From the NCBI GenBank assembly GCA_009694805.1, contig SICM01000001.1, positions 23,657 through 87,656 of the forward strand: DNA of 64,000 nucleotides, given 5' to 3'. The notes under the pieces are model-generated. The model made no database searches. It was given only the letters and a program-made list of their open reading frames with translations, and was not told the origin of the DNA. Positions 1 through 8,684 of this stretch are shown piece after piece. Each line of letters begins with the position of its first letter. The stretch's first letter is position 1. This DNA comes from Candidatus Latescibacterota bacterium (GTDB lineage Bacteria; Latescibacterota; UBA2968; SICM01). The position numbers and the translations under genes were made by a program.

Positions 1-509
1 ATTATTTCTGCTCCAAACCCTGCAAAGAGGCTTTCGACAAAGACCCGGCCTCCTACCTGCCCCCGGCCCTCCCCCGCCCGGCCCCGAACTTCACCGCGAC
101 GGACCTCAAAGGGGTCACGGTCTCCCTGGAGGACTATCGCGGCAGGGTCCTGCTCTTGGACTTCTGGGCGACCTGGTGCAAGCCCTGCGTAAAGACCATA
201 CCCGGCCTCCAGAAGTTGCACGAGCAGCGCGCCGGAAAGGACTTCACCGTGCTCGGCGTCTCCATCGACGAGAAGGGGGAGAAGAAGGTGAAGGCCTTCG
301 TCGCCAAACACGGGATCACGTATCCCGTCCTGCTGGATGCCGGGGACGCTCCCGCCTATCAGACCTACGGGGTCAGGGTGATCCCGGCGATGTTCCTGAT
401 CGATCAGAAGGGACAGATCGTGCGGCAGTGGATTGGCGAGGCGGATCAGACAGAGGTCGAGGCGACGGTCGCGGGGCTGCTGGGCGAAAGTGCGAAAAAG
501 AGTGACTGA
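1..509 (+). CDS. Thioredoxin-fold thiol:disulfide oxidoreductase (TlpA/ResA-like) with N-terminal YHS-like Cys motif; 5' end outside the window
   Basis: Frame 3 is open from nt 3 (YFCSKPCKEAFDKDPASYL) into ORF 156..509. It has the redox motif WCKPC in LLDFWATWCKPC and a typical TlpA/AhpC-TSA core (VLGVSID...VIPAMFLID). Confidence 0.85.
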   Translation, partial: YFCSKPCKEAFDKDPASYLPPALPRPAPNFTATDLKGVTVSLEDYRGRVLLLDFWATWCKPCVKTIPGLQKLHEQRAGKDFTVLGVSIDEKGEKKVKAFVAKHGITYPVLLDAGDAPAYQTYGVRVIPAMFLIDQKGQIVRQWIGEADQTEVEATVAGLLGESAKKSD

Positions 510-512
510 ACC

Positions 513-1619
513 ATGAGAACTGTCCAGGTCAACCTCGGAGACATCTCCTACCCCATCCACGTCGGCTATGGCCTCCTGAAGGACCTCGGCGCGCTCTACC
601 GTGAACGCAACCTCGGACGGAGGGTGGCCGTCGTCACGGACAGCGTCGTGGCCGGGCATCACCTGCGGGCGGCGGTGGAAAGCCTGAGTGCGGCGGGGAT
701 AGAGGTCTGCGAGGTGACGATCCCGGCGGGAGAGGTCCACAAGACCCTCGATGCCGTGAAGATCGTCTACGACGCCCTGGTCGATGCCCGTCTGGACCGG
801 GGATCGGCGCTGGTGGCGCTGGGGGGCGGGGTCGTGGGGGACGTGGGGGGGTTCGCGGCGGCGACCTTCCTGAGGGGCATCGACTTTGTCCAGGTCCCCA
901 CCACCATCGTGTCCCAGGTGGACGCCAGCGTGGGGGGCAAGACCGGCGTGGACCACCGGGGCGGCAAGAACCTGATCGGCGCGTTCCACCAGCCCCGCCT
1001 GGTCTGCGTCGACACGTCGCTCCTGCGGACGCTCCCGGAGCGGGAGATCAGGGCAGGCCTGGCCGAAGTCATCAAACACGCCGTCATCCGGGACGAGGTC
1101 ATGTTCGCGCTGCTGGAGGCCTGCCTGGAGGACATCGTGGAGATGCAGCTCGCCCCCGACGAGACCGACGCCCTGATCGCACGGAACTGCCGGATCAAGG
1201 CCGAGGTCGTCCAGGCCGATCCCTTCGAACGGACCGGCCTCCGGGCCATCCTCAACTACGGTCACACCGTCGGACACGCCATCGAGGCCGCCACGGACTA
1301 CGGCGTCTACCTCCACGGAGAGGCCGTTCTCCTGGGCATGGCATCCGCCGGGAAGATCGCCCTCGACCGGGGCCTCTGGCCCGGAGAAGACTTTGACCGG
1401 CAGGCGCGGTTGCTCAAGCGCCTCGGCATCCCGCCCGGCCTGGGCCGTATCCCCACGGAGAAGATCCTGGAGCGGATGAAATCGGACAAGAAGGCGCGGG
1501 ACGGCGTCCTGACGTTCATCCTCCCGACCCGGATCGGAGGGGTCACGACCTCCAGGGATGTGACGCCGGAGGAGGTCCTGGCCGGGATCGAATACGCGAA
1601 GGGGCTGTCCGGGGAATGA
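513..1619 (+). CDS. aroB: 3-dehydroquinate synthase
   Basis: 368 aa with hallmark AroB motifs: GGGVVGDVGGFAAATFLRGIDFVQVPTT, VDASVGGKTGV, and the metal-binding NYGHTVGHAIE...HGEAV. The ATG lies 4 nt after the upstream stop. Confidence 0.95.
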   Translation: MRTVQVNLGDISYPIHVGYGLLKDLGALYRERNLGRRVAVVTDSVVAGHHLRAAVESLSAAGIEVCEVTIPAGEVHKTLDAVKIVYDALVDARLDRGSALVALGGGVVGDVGGFAAATFLRGIDFVQVPTTIVSQVDASVGGKTGVDHRGGKNLIGAFHQPRLVCVDTSLLRTLPEREIRAGLAEVIKHAVIRDEVMFALLEACLEDIVEMQLAPDETDALIARNCRIKAEVVQADPFERTGLRAILNYGHTVGHAIEAATDYGVYLHGEAVLLGMASAGKIALDRGLWPGEDFDRQARLLKRLGIPPGLGRIPTEKILERMKSDKKARDGVLTFILPTRIGGVTTSRDVTPEEVLAGIEYAKGLSGE

Positions 1620-1633
1620 CAGGGCGGAAAAAA

Positions 1634-1720
1634 GGGGCCAGGGGTCGGGGATCAGGGGTCAGGAAAGACAGATTTACTTCTGTTTTTTCCCTGGCCCCCG
1701 GCCCCTGACCCCTGACCCCT
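1634..1720. terminator. Long imperfect palindrome between convergent genes (likely bidirectional terminator), built from tandem heptamers
   Basis: Left arm is ggggcca/ggggtcg/gggatca/ggggtca (1634-1661). An inner hairpin gaaagacaga-tttact-tctgtttttt follows. Right arm is ctggccc/ccggccc/ctgaccc/ctgaccc (to ~1720). It sits between the aroB stop (1619) and the stop of the minus-strand gene at 1725. Confidence 0.6.
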
Positions 1721-1724
1721 GCTT

Positions 1725-3017
1725 TTATCTGACGACGGTTCGGAATTTGATGTCCACAGGCAGATCGAAGGCGATGGGCAGAGACCCGACCACCTTCTTC
1801 GTTTCGAGGTCTACGACAGCCACCTCCAGCCCCTCTGAGACCGTACGCTGGAACACCACGTATGCGGTCTTCCCGTCAGGCGCCACACCGAGCGTGACGG
1901 CGTTCTCCCCCATCAGGATACGATCCACCTTCCCCGTCCCGACATCGAGGATCAGCAGTTCCCCGACCAGCGTGGGCGTCGGCTCGGAGGAGCCGGGCGT
2001 GGTGGCCAGGATCAGCCGGTAGGACGAGGCGTAGACCCGGCTGCTGTCCGAAGAGAGGGCCAGATCCAGGATCGCCGAGAAGAGATGCGACTCGGCAGTC
2101 TTCGTCGCAAACGTCCTGACGACCCGGTCCCTGCCCTCCGGGCCTCCGTTGATGGCCGTGTCCACGACGTTGATCGTGTCGCTGTTCGCGCTGTTCAGAT
2201 AGACCCTCCCCCCGTCCGGAGAGATGGCGACGCGGGTGGGGATGGCGTTCGTCACCAGGAGAGAGTCCTTCACGGCCTCTCGCGCCAGGTCCAGGATGAT
2301 CAACCGGCGCGTCTGATTGGCGACATAAGCCTTCCCCCCGTCCGGCGTCAGAACGATTCCGGAGGGCCTGCCCGGCAGCGGGATGAAGTTGGACTGCTTC
2401 TTCGCCCGCAGGTCCAAGACCGCCAGGCCACCGGTCCCCGGCGTCTCCGGGTCCCCTTCCTTCGTGACATAGGCCTTCTGGCCATCAGGAGAGACGGCGA
2501 CCTTGTAGGCCCCGTTCAGAGGAACCGAGAAGTCGCGCCGCCCATCCGGCTGCGCCGCGTGGAAGGTGTCCACGCTGGCGATGTAAAGGGCGCTGCCGCC
2601 CGCCGAAAAGGCGAGGCCCCTCGGTTGTACGATCTGGATCGTCCCGGCGCTCAGATTGTCCCGGGTGTTGAGGATATGAACGCGATCCTGGAGCAGGTCC
2701 GCGATGTAGACCGTGACCTCCTTCGTCCCGCCGCCCCCCGTCTGCCCGGGCTTCTTCCCGAAGTCCGCCGCGAACAGGAAGAAGTCGTCGAAGTCCACCG
2801 TCCCGTTGCCGCTCAGGTCGAACTTCGCGCCGAACCTCGCCTCCCCCTGCCGCGCCCCGAAGGCATCCGCAAACAGGAAGAAGTCGTCGAAGTCCACCGT
2901 CCCGTTGCCGTTGAAATCGGCCTTCAGCGCCGCCTGCTGCCCGATCACCTGAAAGGCGAAACTCAGAAGACAGGCCGGGATCAAAACGCTCGCGAAACGC
3001 AGTCGCTTGGGAATCAT
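1725..3017 (-). CDS. Secreted protein with a dockerin-like EF-hand repeat pair plus YVTN-type beta-propeller repeats
   Basis: The internal ATG at 3017 (MIPKRLRFASVLIPACLLSFAF, signal-peptide-like) follows an RBS-like GGGAGGGAAGAAAGG. There are two DxNGNGTVDFDDFFLFA loops. Repeated S/TPDG..(A/V)YV segments are typical of the 40-residue YVTN beta-propeller repeat. Confidence 0.8.
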   Translation of the reverse strand: MIPKRLRFASVLIPACLLSFAFQVIGQQAALKADFNGNGTVDFDDFFLFADAFGARQGEARFGAKFDLSGNGTVDFDDFFLFAADFGKKPGQTGGGGTKEVTVYIADLLQDRVHILNTRDNLSAGTIQIVQPRGLAFSAGGSALYIASVDTFHAAQPDGRRDFSVPLNGAYKVAVSPDGQKAYVTKEGDPETPGTGGLAVLDLRAKKQSNFIPLPGRPSGIVLTPDGGKAYVANQTRRLIILDLAREAVKDSLLVTNAIPTRVAISPDGGRVYLNSANSDTINVVDTAINGGPEGRDRVVRTFATKTAESHLFSAILDLALSSDSSRVYASSYRLILATTPGSSEPTPTLVGELLILDVGTGKVDRILMGENAVTLGVAPDGKTAYVVFQRTVSEGLEVAVVDLETKKVVGSLPIAFDLPVDIKFRTVVR

Positions 3018-3065
3018 CGAGACACCTTTCTTCCCTCCCAAAGTCCTTTGACCCGTCTTGCGTGA

Positions 3066-4739
3066 CTATTCAAGGTACGGCTGCACCTCAATGAAGTTGA
3101 ACATCAACTCCTGCCCGGCCGGCCCTCCCGGCGCCGCCGCGTCCGCCCAGTCCGAGACCGTCAGTCGCGCACGTTCCGCTTTCGCACGAAAGACCTCAAA
3201 GTGGTAGTTCATCCACGCCCGGTGCTGTGCGTTGAACGGCCCCAGGGAGTGGCTGTAGCAGTTGTGCATGACGTGCTGAAAACTCTTTTCAGAGACCCGC
3301 TCCGCGCCCTCTACCTGAATCGAGACCGCGTACCTCTGCTCCTTCGAACGGCCCTCTGAAATCGCCCGGTGGTCTGCCGTGAACATCTTCAGCGAGTAGA
3401 GCCGGCCGGGTCGCAGATGCTTGATCTCCTGCGAGAAGGCGTTGGGCCCCCGGCTGCTCCGCCGCATCTTCAGGAACGTGTCCCCCTGCGTCGTCCTCGG
3501 ATACCGGCCCTGCAGCCAGCTCCACCCCTCCTTCATCCCGGCCTCCACGCCCCCTTCCTCCGCCGCCCGGACGGCCCACCCCTTCGTCCCCTCCTCGAAG
3601 TCCGGGTTGTCCACGTGTTCGAGCCGGTACTGAAAACCCAGCCTCGGCGACAGCATCTCAGTCTGGCCCTCGATCCCGTAGTGCCGGTAGAGCCGGGCCG
3701 CCCAGCGCACGGTCTCCTCGTCCGCATATCCGCAGGTGTACTCCATCAACCCGTACAACCCTTCAAACGCCGGGTCGTTCGCCAGGTGGTGGAACTGCGC
3801 GTCCATCCAGACCTTGTAGTCCACCTTCGGGTCCGCATTCACGCTCTCCGGCGGGACGGACATGTAGCCCAGGCACATCACCATATGCCCTGCGCAGCCG
3901 GGGAACGCCTTCAGCCAGCCCCGCGTCCGCTCTGTCAACGCCGCAAGCTGCTCCCGCGCCGCTTCCTCGGTGGGCGGTTCCTTCAGGTACTGCTCCCACG
4001 CGAACCGGTAACCCGCCGCCATCGTCGCCCGGATGAACGCCTCGCTCGGTTCTGCGCCATAGAGCGCGTTGCAGTAGGGATAGAAGTGCTTTCCTCTCAA
4101 CGCCTCGTTCGCCCGGATGCGTTGCATCGCCTCCATCCACACATAATACTTCGGGTCGTTGCCCCGCTTTCCCCCGAGGAATTCGTCCACGATGATCCCG
4201 TCGATCAGCGGGTCCCGAAGCCCCACGTTCTGCGTCCAGACCGTATACGCCTCGTCCGCCGTGACCGGCTCCTCCTGCCTCAACCCCGGCAGCAGGCACT
4301 CCACAAGCCACCGCTTCCCCTGCCGCTTCCACGCCTCGACCATCGGCCGCTGCGGCTCGCTGCCGTCCCCCACGATGCAGTTCACGTGGTCAAGCACGTG
4401 TTTCTGAAGGAACGCCCAGTCATACGGCCCGTGCGGCCTCACGTGGGGATCGTACTGGAACTTGCAGAAGATCAGCTCCGGGACCGCCCGGACGATCAAC
4501 AGCTCGACCGATCCCTCGACCCGGACCCGGTGCTCGCCTGCCGGCAGGAACCGCATCGCTTCACCCGTTCCCGCGCCGGTCGGTGCGAGGGGAACCTCGG
4601 CGTCATCGAGGACCACCTTGTCGCCGCCACGGATGAACACCCACCCTTCGCGGGGGTTCACAAACCTTGCCTCTGTGCCAGATGGGACTTCTTCCAGGTT
4701 CAACAGTTCAGTGACAAGGTTGTTCAGCTTCTGCATCAT
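3066..4739 (-). CDS. Hypothetical protein (557 aa), possibly carbohydrate-active; family not recognised
   Basis: Long ORF with normal amino-acid composition. ATGATG start preceded by GGAGGGGG. No motif I can name with confidence. Confidence 0.7.
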   Translation of the reverse strand: MMQKLNNLVTELLNLEEVPSGTEARFVNPREGWVFIRGGDKVVLDDAEVPLAPTGAGTGEAMRFLPAGEHRVRVEGSVELLIVRAVPELIFCKFQYDPHVRPHGPYDWAFLQKHVLDHVNCIVGDGSEPQRPMVEAWKRQGKRWLVECLLPGLRQEEPVTADEAYTVWTQNVGLRDPLIDGIIVDEFLGGKRGNDPKYYVWMEAMQRIRANEALRGKHFYPYCNALYGAEPSEAFIRATMAAGYRFAWEQYLKEPPTEEAAREQLAALTERTRGWLKAFPGCAGHMVMCLGYMSVPPESVNADPKVDYKVWMDAQFHHLANDPAFEGLYGLMEYTCGYADEETVRWAARLYRHYGIEGQTEMLSPRLGFQYRLEHVDNPDFEEGTKGWAVRAAEEGGVEAGMKEGWSWLQGRYPRTTQGDTFLKMRRSSRGPNAFSQEIKHLRPGRLYSLKMFTADHRAISEGRSKEQRYAVSIQVEGAERVSEKSFQHVMHNCYSHSLGPFNAQHRAWMNYHFEVFRAKAERARLTVSDWADAAAPGGPAGQELMFNFIEVQPYLE

Positions 4740-4750
4740 CCGCCCCCTCC

Positions 4751-4901
4751 GACATGAATGTCAGATATTACGCTTGATAGTTACTTCAAAATCGTCTATA
4801 TTAATGGACATGTCGATAGACATGATGCTGGACATGTTTTTTTATAAATTCTTCTTATTCTTATTTTTACAATATTTTACATGGACACATGATTGGACAT
4901 C
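4751..4901 (+). promoter_or_regulatory. AT-rich divergent promoter region with six GACAT(G)-core boxes, several on a 12-bp register
   Basis: gacatg at 4751; tggacatg at 4805; tagacatg at 4817; tggacatg at 4829; tggacac at 4882; tggacat at 4894. Spacings 4805/4817/4829 and 4882/4894 are exactly 12 bp. The last box ends 2 nt before the fic ATG at 4903. Confidence 0.45.
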
Positions 4902-4902
4902 T

Positions 4903-6066
4903 ATGCGGAAATACGAACAGATACATTCCTGGATAAATTTTACTCTGGATCTCCGACGCTTGAACCCCAGACTCTGGATGGTTCTTGGGGAAGTTCAATC
5001 CAAGTGCGAGCATATTGCCGGAGTACCTTTGCGCCGCGAAACAGCCGACGTCCTTTATCGGCTTTATCTGGCAAAAGGCGTACTAGGTACGACTGCCATT
5101 GAAGGAAACACGCTTTCAGAGGAGGAGGTATTAAACCGAATACAAGGTAAACTAAAGCTTCCCCCCTCAAAAGAATATCTTGGCCAGGAGATTGATAATA
5201 TCGTAGAAGTCTGTAACCAGATCACAGAGCGTGTGTTGAAAGATCGTGCTGTTACTTTGACCGTTGAAGACATCAAAAACTTCAACCGGACTGTACTGAA
5301 AAATCTCTCGCTCGATGAAGGGGTCGTACCGGGCGAAATTCGGATGCACTCCGTCGGTGTGGCACGTTACCGCGCTGTGCCTGCTGAGGATTGCGAATTC
5401 TTACTGGAAAAATTATGCGCGTGGCTAAATGATTTTCCAATTCCTGAACATTATGCGCATTATCCTATTGCGTTCGGCCTCATCAAGGCAATACTTGCGC
5501 ATATCTACCTGGCCTGGATTCATCCGTTCGGTGATGGCAATGGTCGGACGGCTCGCTTGATCGAATTTACGCTTCTCTTGGGCGTAGGAGTTCCATCCGC
5601 TGCTGCTCACCTCTTGAGTAACCATTACAACCAGACGCGCCAGGAGTACTATCGACAATTGGATCAGGCCAGTCGTTCTGGAGGTGACCTTCTACCTTTC
5701 ATGGAATATGCCGTTCAGGGATTTGTGGACGGGTTGAAGGAACAACTCAAACATATTCGAGACCAGCAGTGGGATGTCACCTGGCAAAACTACGTCCACG
5801 AACAATTCAAGGACAAAAACAGTGCGGCAGACGTGCGTCGCCGTCATCTCGTGTTGGACCTATCTCGGACGAAGGACCCGGTTCCGTTACCTAAAATCCG
5901 GCAGATCAGCCCTCGTATCGCCGAATCTTACGCAAACAAGACCGCGAAAACAATCACTCGAGATATCAACATACTCACCTCCATGGGGCTTGTAAAGTGG
6001 ACTTTAGAGGGCTTACGCGCGAAACGGGAGATCGTACTGGCCTTTTTACCGGGTCGTGTGGAATGA
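4903..6066 (+). CDS. Fic/DOC family protein (class II-type, with N-terminal inhibitory motif and C-terminal winged-helix-like tail)
   Basis: Fic active-site motif HPFGDGNGRTARL and inhibitory-helix consensus [ST]xxxE[GN] present as TTAIEGN. The start was moved from 4462 to the ATG at 4903, because the first 147 codons of the listed ORF are antisense to gene 3066..4739. The gene is visibly AT-richer than its flanks. Confidence 0.9.
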   Translation: MRKYEQIHSWINFTLDLRRLNPRLWMVLGEVQSKCEHIAGVPLRRETADVLYRLYLAKGVLGTTAIEGNTLSEEEVLNRIQGKLKLPPSKEYLGQEIDNIVEVCNQITERVLKDRAVTLTVEDIKNFNRTVLKNLSLDEGVVPGEIRMHSVGVARYRAVPAEDCEFLLEKLCAWLNDFPIPEHYAHYPIAFGLIKAILAHIYLAWIHPFGDGNGRTARLIEFTLLLGVGVPSAAAHLLSNHYNQTRQEYYRQLDQASRSGGDLLPFMEYAVQGFVDGLKEQLKHIRDQQWDVTWQNYVHEQFKDKNSAADVRRRHLVLDLSRTKDPVPLPKIRQISPRIAESYANKTAKTITRDINILTSMGLVKWTLEGLRAKREIVLAFLPGRVE

Positions 6067-6167
6067 TCTCTTGATATTTCCGAAACTGTTTGAAGCCGTT
6101 CAATGCGAAGCTTCGAGCGACAACATTAAAACCGTATAGTTGACAAACGCGGAACAGGCAACTAAAG

Positions 6168-7085
6168 TCAGGGGACCCTACCCCTCAAAGCCCTGTCCAA
6201 CTTCGAAAAATAATCCCTTATCCCCTCCGGCCCGCGATGCACGTCCACGCCGAGGGCCTTGACCTTCTCGGAGAGGATCGGTCCCGGCCTGGGCAGGGCG
6301 CCCCCCGCGATCTTCGCCGGGACGCCGATGGCCTCCCCGGCCAGCCGGACCAGGTCCGCCTGATACACGAACGTGTCGCACAGGTTGAAGACCTGCCCGA
6401 ACGCCGCCGGGCTCCCCACCGACGCGACCAGGGCCGCCGCCACGTCCTGCACGGCCACCACGTCGCACCCGAAGGCGCTGTCGCAGACCTTCCCCGCCCG
6501 CACCTCCTCCAGCAGGGAGCGCCACACGCTCTTCTCCGCCTCCGGATGCACGCCATAGACCCACGCGCAGCGAAACCGCGTGGTCGCCATCCCGAACTGC
6601 GCGTGATACGCCTGACACGCCGACTCCAGGACGACGTTGTGCGCGACATAAGGCATCCACGAGGCAGCCCACGGCGAGGACTCGTCCAGCGGGACGTCCC
6701 GCACGTCCCCCGGCCCCTCCACGTCGCGTCGGAGAAGATAGGTGCTGACGGTACAGATGAACTGCCTCACCCCGGCCTGCCGGGCCGTCTCCAGCAGCAT
6801 CAGCGAACCGAGCACGTTGGACCGCAGGTGCGGAAGCTGATCCTGCGTATCCCAGACCGCCGAATCGTAGGCCGTATGTACGACCGCGTCCGCATCCGCC
6901 ACGAGCGCTCGCAACGCGACCTCGTCGCCCAGCGTCCCCCGGCAGACCTCGGCGCCCAGGCCCTCCAGCCAGCCCGCGCCGCGTCCGGGCCGGACCAGGG
7001 CGCGCACCCGGTGTCCGGTCTCAATCAGCGGTCGGACCGTGTGCGACCCGACAAACCCCGTGGCCCCTGTCAGCGCGACTCGCAT
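6168..7085 (-). CDS. NAD-dependent epimerase/dehydratase family protein
   Basis: The internal ATG at 7085 gives MRVALTGATGFVGSH (Rossmann GxxGxxG). The listed upstream extension overlaps the neighbouring gene. Extended-SDR-like core (DAVVHTAY...). Confidence 0.85.
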   Translation of the reverse strand: MRVALTGATGFVGSHTVRPLIETGHRVRALVRPGRGAGWLEGLGAEVCRGTLGDEVALRALVADADAVVHTAYDSAVWDTQDQLPHLRSNVLGSLMLLETARQAGVRQFICTVSTYLLRRDVEGPGDVRDVPLDESSPWAASWMPYVAHNVVLESACQAYHAQFGMATTRFRCAWVYGVHPEAEKSVWRSLLEEVRAGKVCDSAFGCDVVAVQDVAAALVASVGSPAAFGQVFNLCDTFVYQADLVRLAGEAIGVPAKIAGGALPRPGPILSEKVKALGVDVHRGPEGIRDYFSKLDRALRGRVP

Positions 7086-7099
7086 CGATCCATCTCTCC

Positions 7100-7930
7100 T
7101 CACAGCGCCCGGGCCTCCTGGGGCGCCTGCGCCAGGAGGCGCGTCTCGATCTCCAGCACCTGCTGGAGATGCCGCATCCGCCGGGGCGAAGCCGTCTTTC
7201 GCATCACGTCGCGCGGCAGCTCGTAGCTCGGGTGGAGCCGGTATTTGGTGATGCAGGTTTCCAGAAGTCGAACCTCTTCTTCCGTCTCGCAATGGGGGCA
7301 ACAGACGAGGGAGAACATGCGCCGCCGGTCGCTCCCGCCGAACGCGGCGTGCAGCATGTTGAGGCGGAACATCACCACGTCTCCGGGTTGGGACTCCATG
7401 GCTACGGATGGCATGTCACGCTGGTCGATCCCCCACCGTTCCATCGCCGGATTCGGGCCGTCAGGGTCGAACAGCGAGTCCCGCGCCTGCACGTTGTTCC
7501 AGCCCGGCGCGTAATCGACCCGGTGCGCGCCCGGAATCGTGCGCAGGCAGCCGGTGTCGCGCGTCACCGGGTCCAGGTAGACGCCCACCTTGAGAAAAAA
7601 CGAAAGACCGCCCCACTGAGCGCCGTCGATGTGCCAGTGCGTGTCCCCCACAAAGCAGTTGCCGTCGCTCATGATATAGTTGAAATTCTCTCCCAGCAGT
7701 CCCGAAAGCAGGGCCTCCACGCCCGGATGGTCCAGCAGCGTGCAGAGGCGCTCGCTCTGGTCCACGAAAGCGACATACCCGGTCCGTTTCGTCCTGTCGT
7801 GAGCCGCTCCGCGTTCCTGAAGCGCAGCCTCGAACGCCTTCTCGATCCACGGCATGTCCTCCTTCAGCAGACCCGGAGCGACGAGGTACCCGAAGGTCTC
7901 CAGAAAATGTTTCTGTTTTGAAAAATCCAC
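7100..7930 (-). CDS. Phytanoyl-CoA dioxygenase (PhyH) family Fe(II)/2-oxoglutarate oxygenase
   Basis: GTG start at 7930 preceded by AAGGAAAAAGGA. PhyH-like sequence with the HWHIDG iron-binding context. The longer listed ORF would overlap gene 7950..8684. Confidence 0.8.
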   Translation of the reverse strand: MDFSKQKHFLETFGYLVAPGLLKEDMPWIEKAFEAALQERGAAHDRTKRTGYVAFVDQSERLCTLLDHPGVEALLSGLLGENFNYIMSDGNCFVGDTHWHIDGAQWGGLSFFLKVGVYLDPVTRDTGCLRTIPGAHRVDYAPGWNNVQARDSLFDPDGPNPAMERWGIDQRDMPSVAMESQPGDVVMFRLNMLHAAFGGSDRRRMFSLVCCPHCETEEEVRLLETCITKYRLHPSYELPRDVMRKTASPRRMRHLQQVLEIETRLLAQAPQEARAL

Positions 7931-7949
7931 AGGTTTATTCCTTTTTCCT

Positions 7950-8684
7950 TTACAGATGAGGCCAGTCGATCCACCCGCGCATCCGGTAGACCAGCAGCCC
8001 CGCGTACTCGTGACAGACCCCCTGCAACCGCCCGATGTTGGACCACGCAAATCCGTCCGTCCAGTTGAGCCTGGAGAACGGCACGGCGTGCGGGATGACC
8101 GTGAACCCCTGTTTCCGGAACACCGCCGCCGCGCGCGGAATGTGGTACGCGTGGGTGACCAGCAGGATCTTCTGGGCGTGGTCGGAGATCAGGCGTGGTT
8201 TCGCGGACAGCCCCTCATGATAGGTGTTGAACCCCGGCGCCAGCACGATGCACGAATCCGGCACGTCCAGGCCCCGCGCGATGATCCGCATGGCCCTGGC
8301 CCCGCCCAGGCTGTCCCGTCCACTTGCCCCGGTCATTACCAGAAACGGCGCTCGCCCCGACAGGAAGAGCTGAGCCCCCACGAAGGCGCGCTCCGAGGAG
8401 CCGCCGGTCGGCGCCCCGAAGGGCGTGGCGTCGCTCCCGAGCGCCACCACGGCATCGGCCTTCTCGTTCGTGTTCTTGGGGACCCAGGATATCAGGGGGG
8501 CGGAGACCATCTCCACGAAAGCATAGCTTGTCAGGACGAGAATGAACGCGAGCCCTCCCAGACCGATGTGATACGCCGTCCTGAGCCCCCCCGCTTTGAG
8601 CCGGAAGATCAGCGCCAGGCAGAAGACCACGACCACGATCAGGGGGCTGAAGGCCAGCCCTTCTATCAGATGTTTGAGTATCAT
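7950..8684 (-). CDS. DUF218/YdcF (ElyC/SanA-like) membrane-associated protein
   Basis: N-terminal TM helix (LAFSPLIVVVVFCLALIF) and DUF218 core (LVMTGASG...ILLVTHAYHIPRAAAVF). The ATG at 8684 overlaps the upstream stop as ATGA. Confidence 0.8.
   Translation of the reverse strand: MILKHLIEGLAFSPLIVVVVFCLALIFRLKAGGLRTAYHIGLGGLAFILVLTSYAFVEMVSAPLISWVPKNTNEKADAVVALGSDATPFGAPTGGSSERAFVGAQLFLSGRAPFLVMTGASGRDSLGGARAMRIIARGLDVPDSCIVLAPGFNTYHEGLSAKPRLISDHAQKILLVTHAYHIPRAAAVFRKQGFTVIPHAVPFSRLNWTDGFAWSNIGRLQGVCHEYAGLLVYRMRGWIDWPHL

Noticed and set aside
4462-4902. N-terminal 147-codon extension of the Fic ORF.
   Set aside because: The extension is antisense to the 3' part of gene 3066..4739 and crosses the AT-rich promoter region. 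The Fic-family sequence begins at the ATG at 4903.
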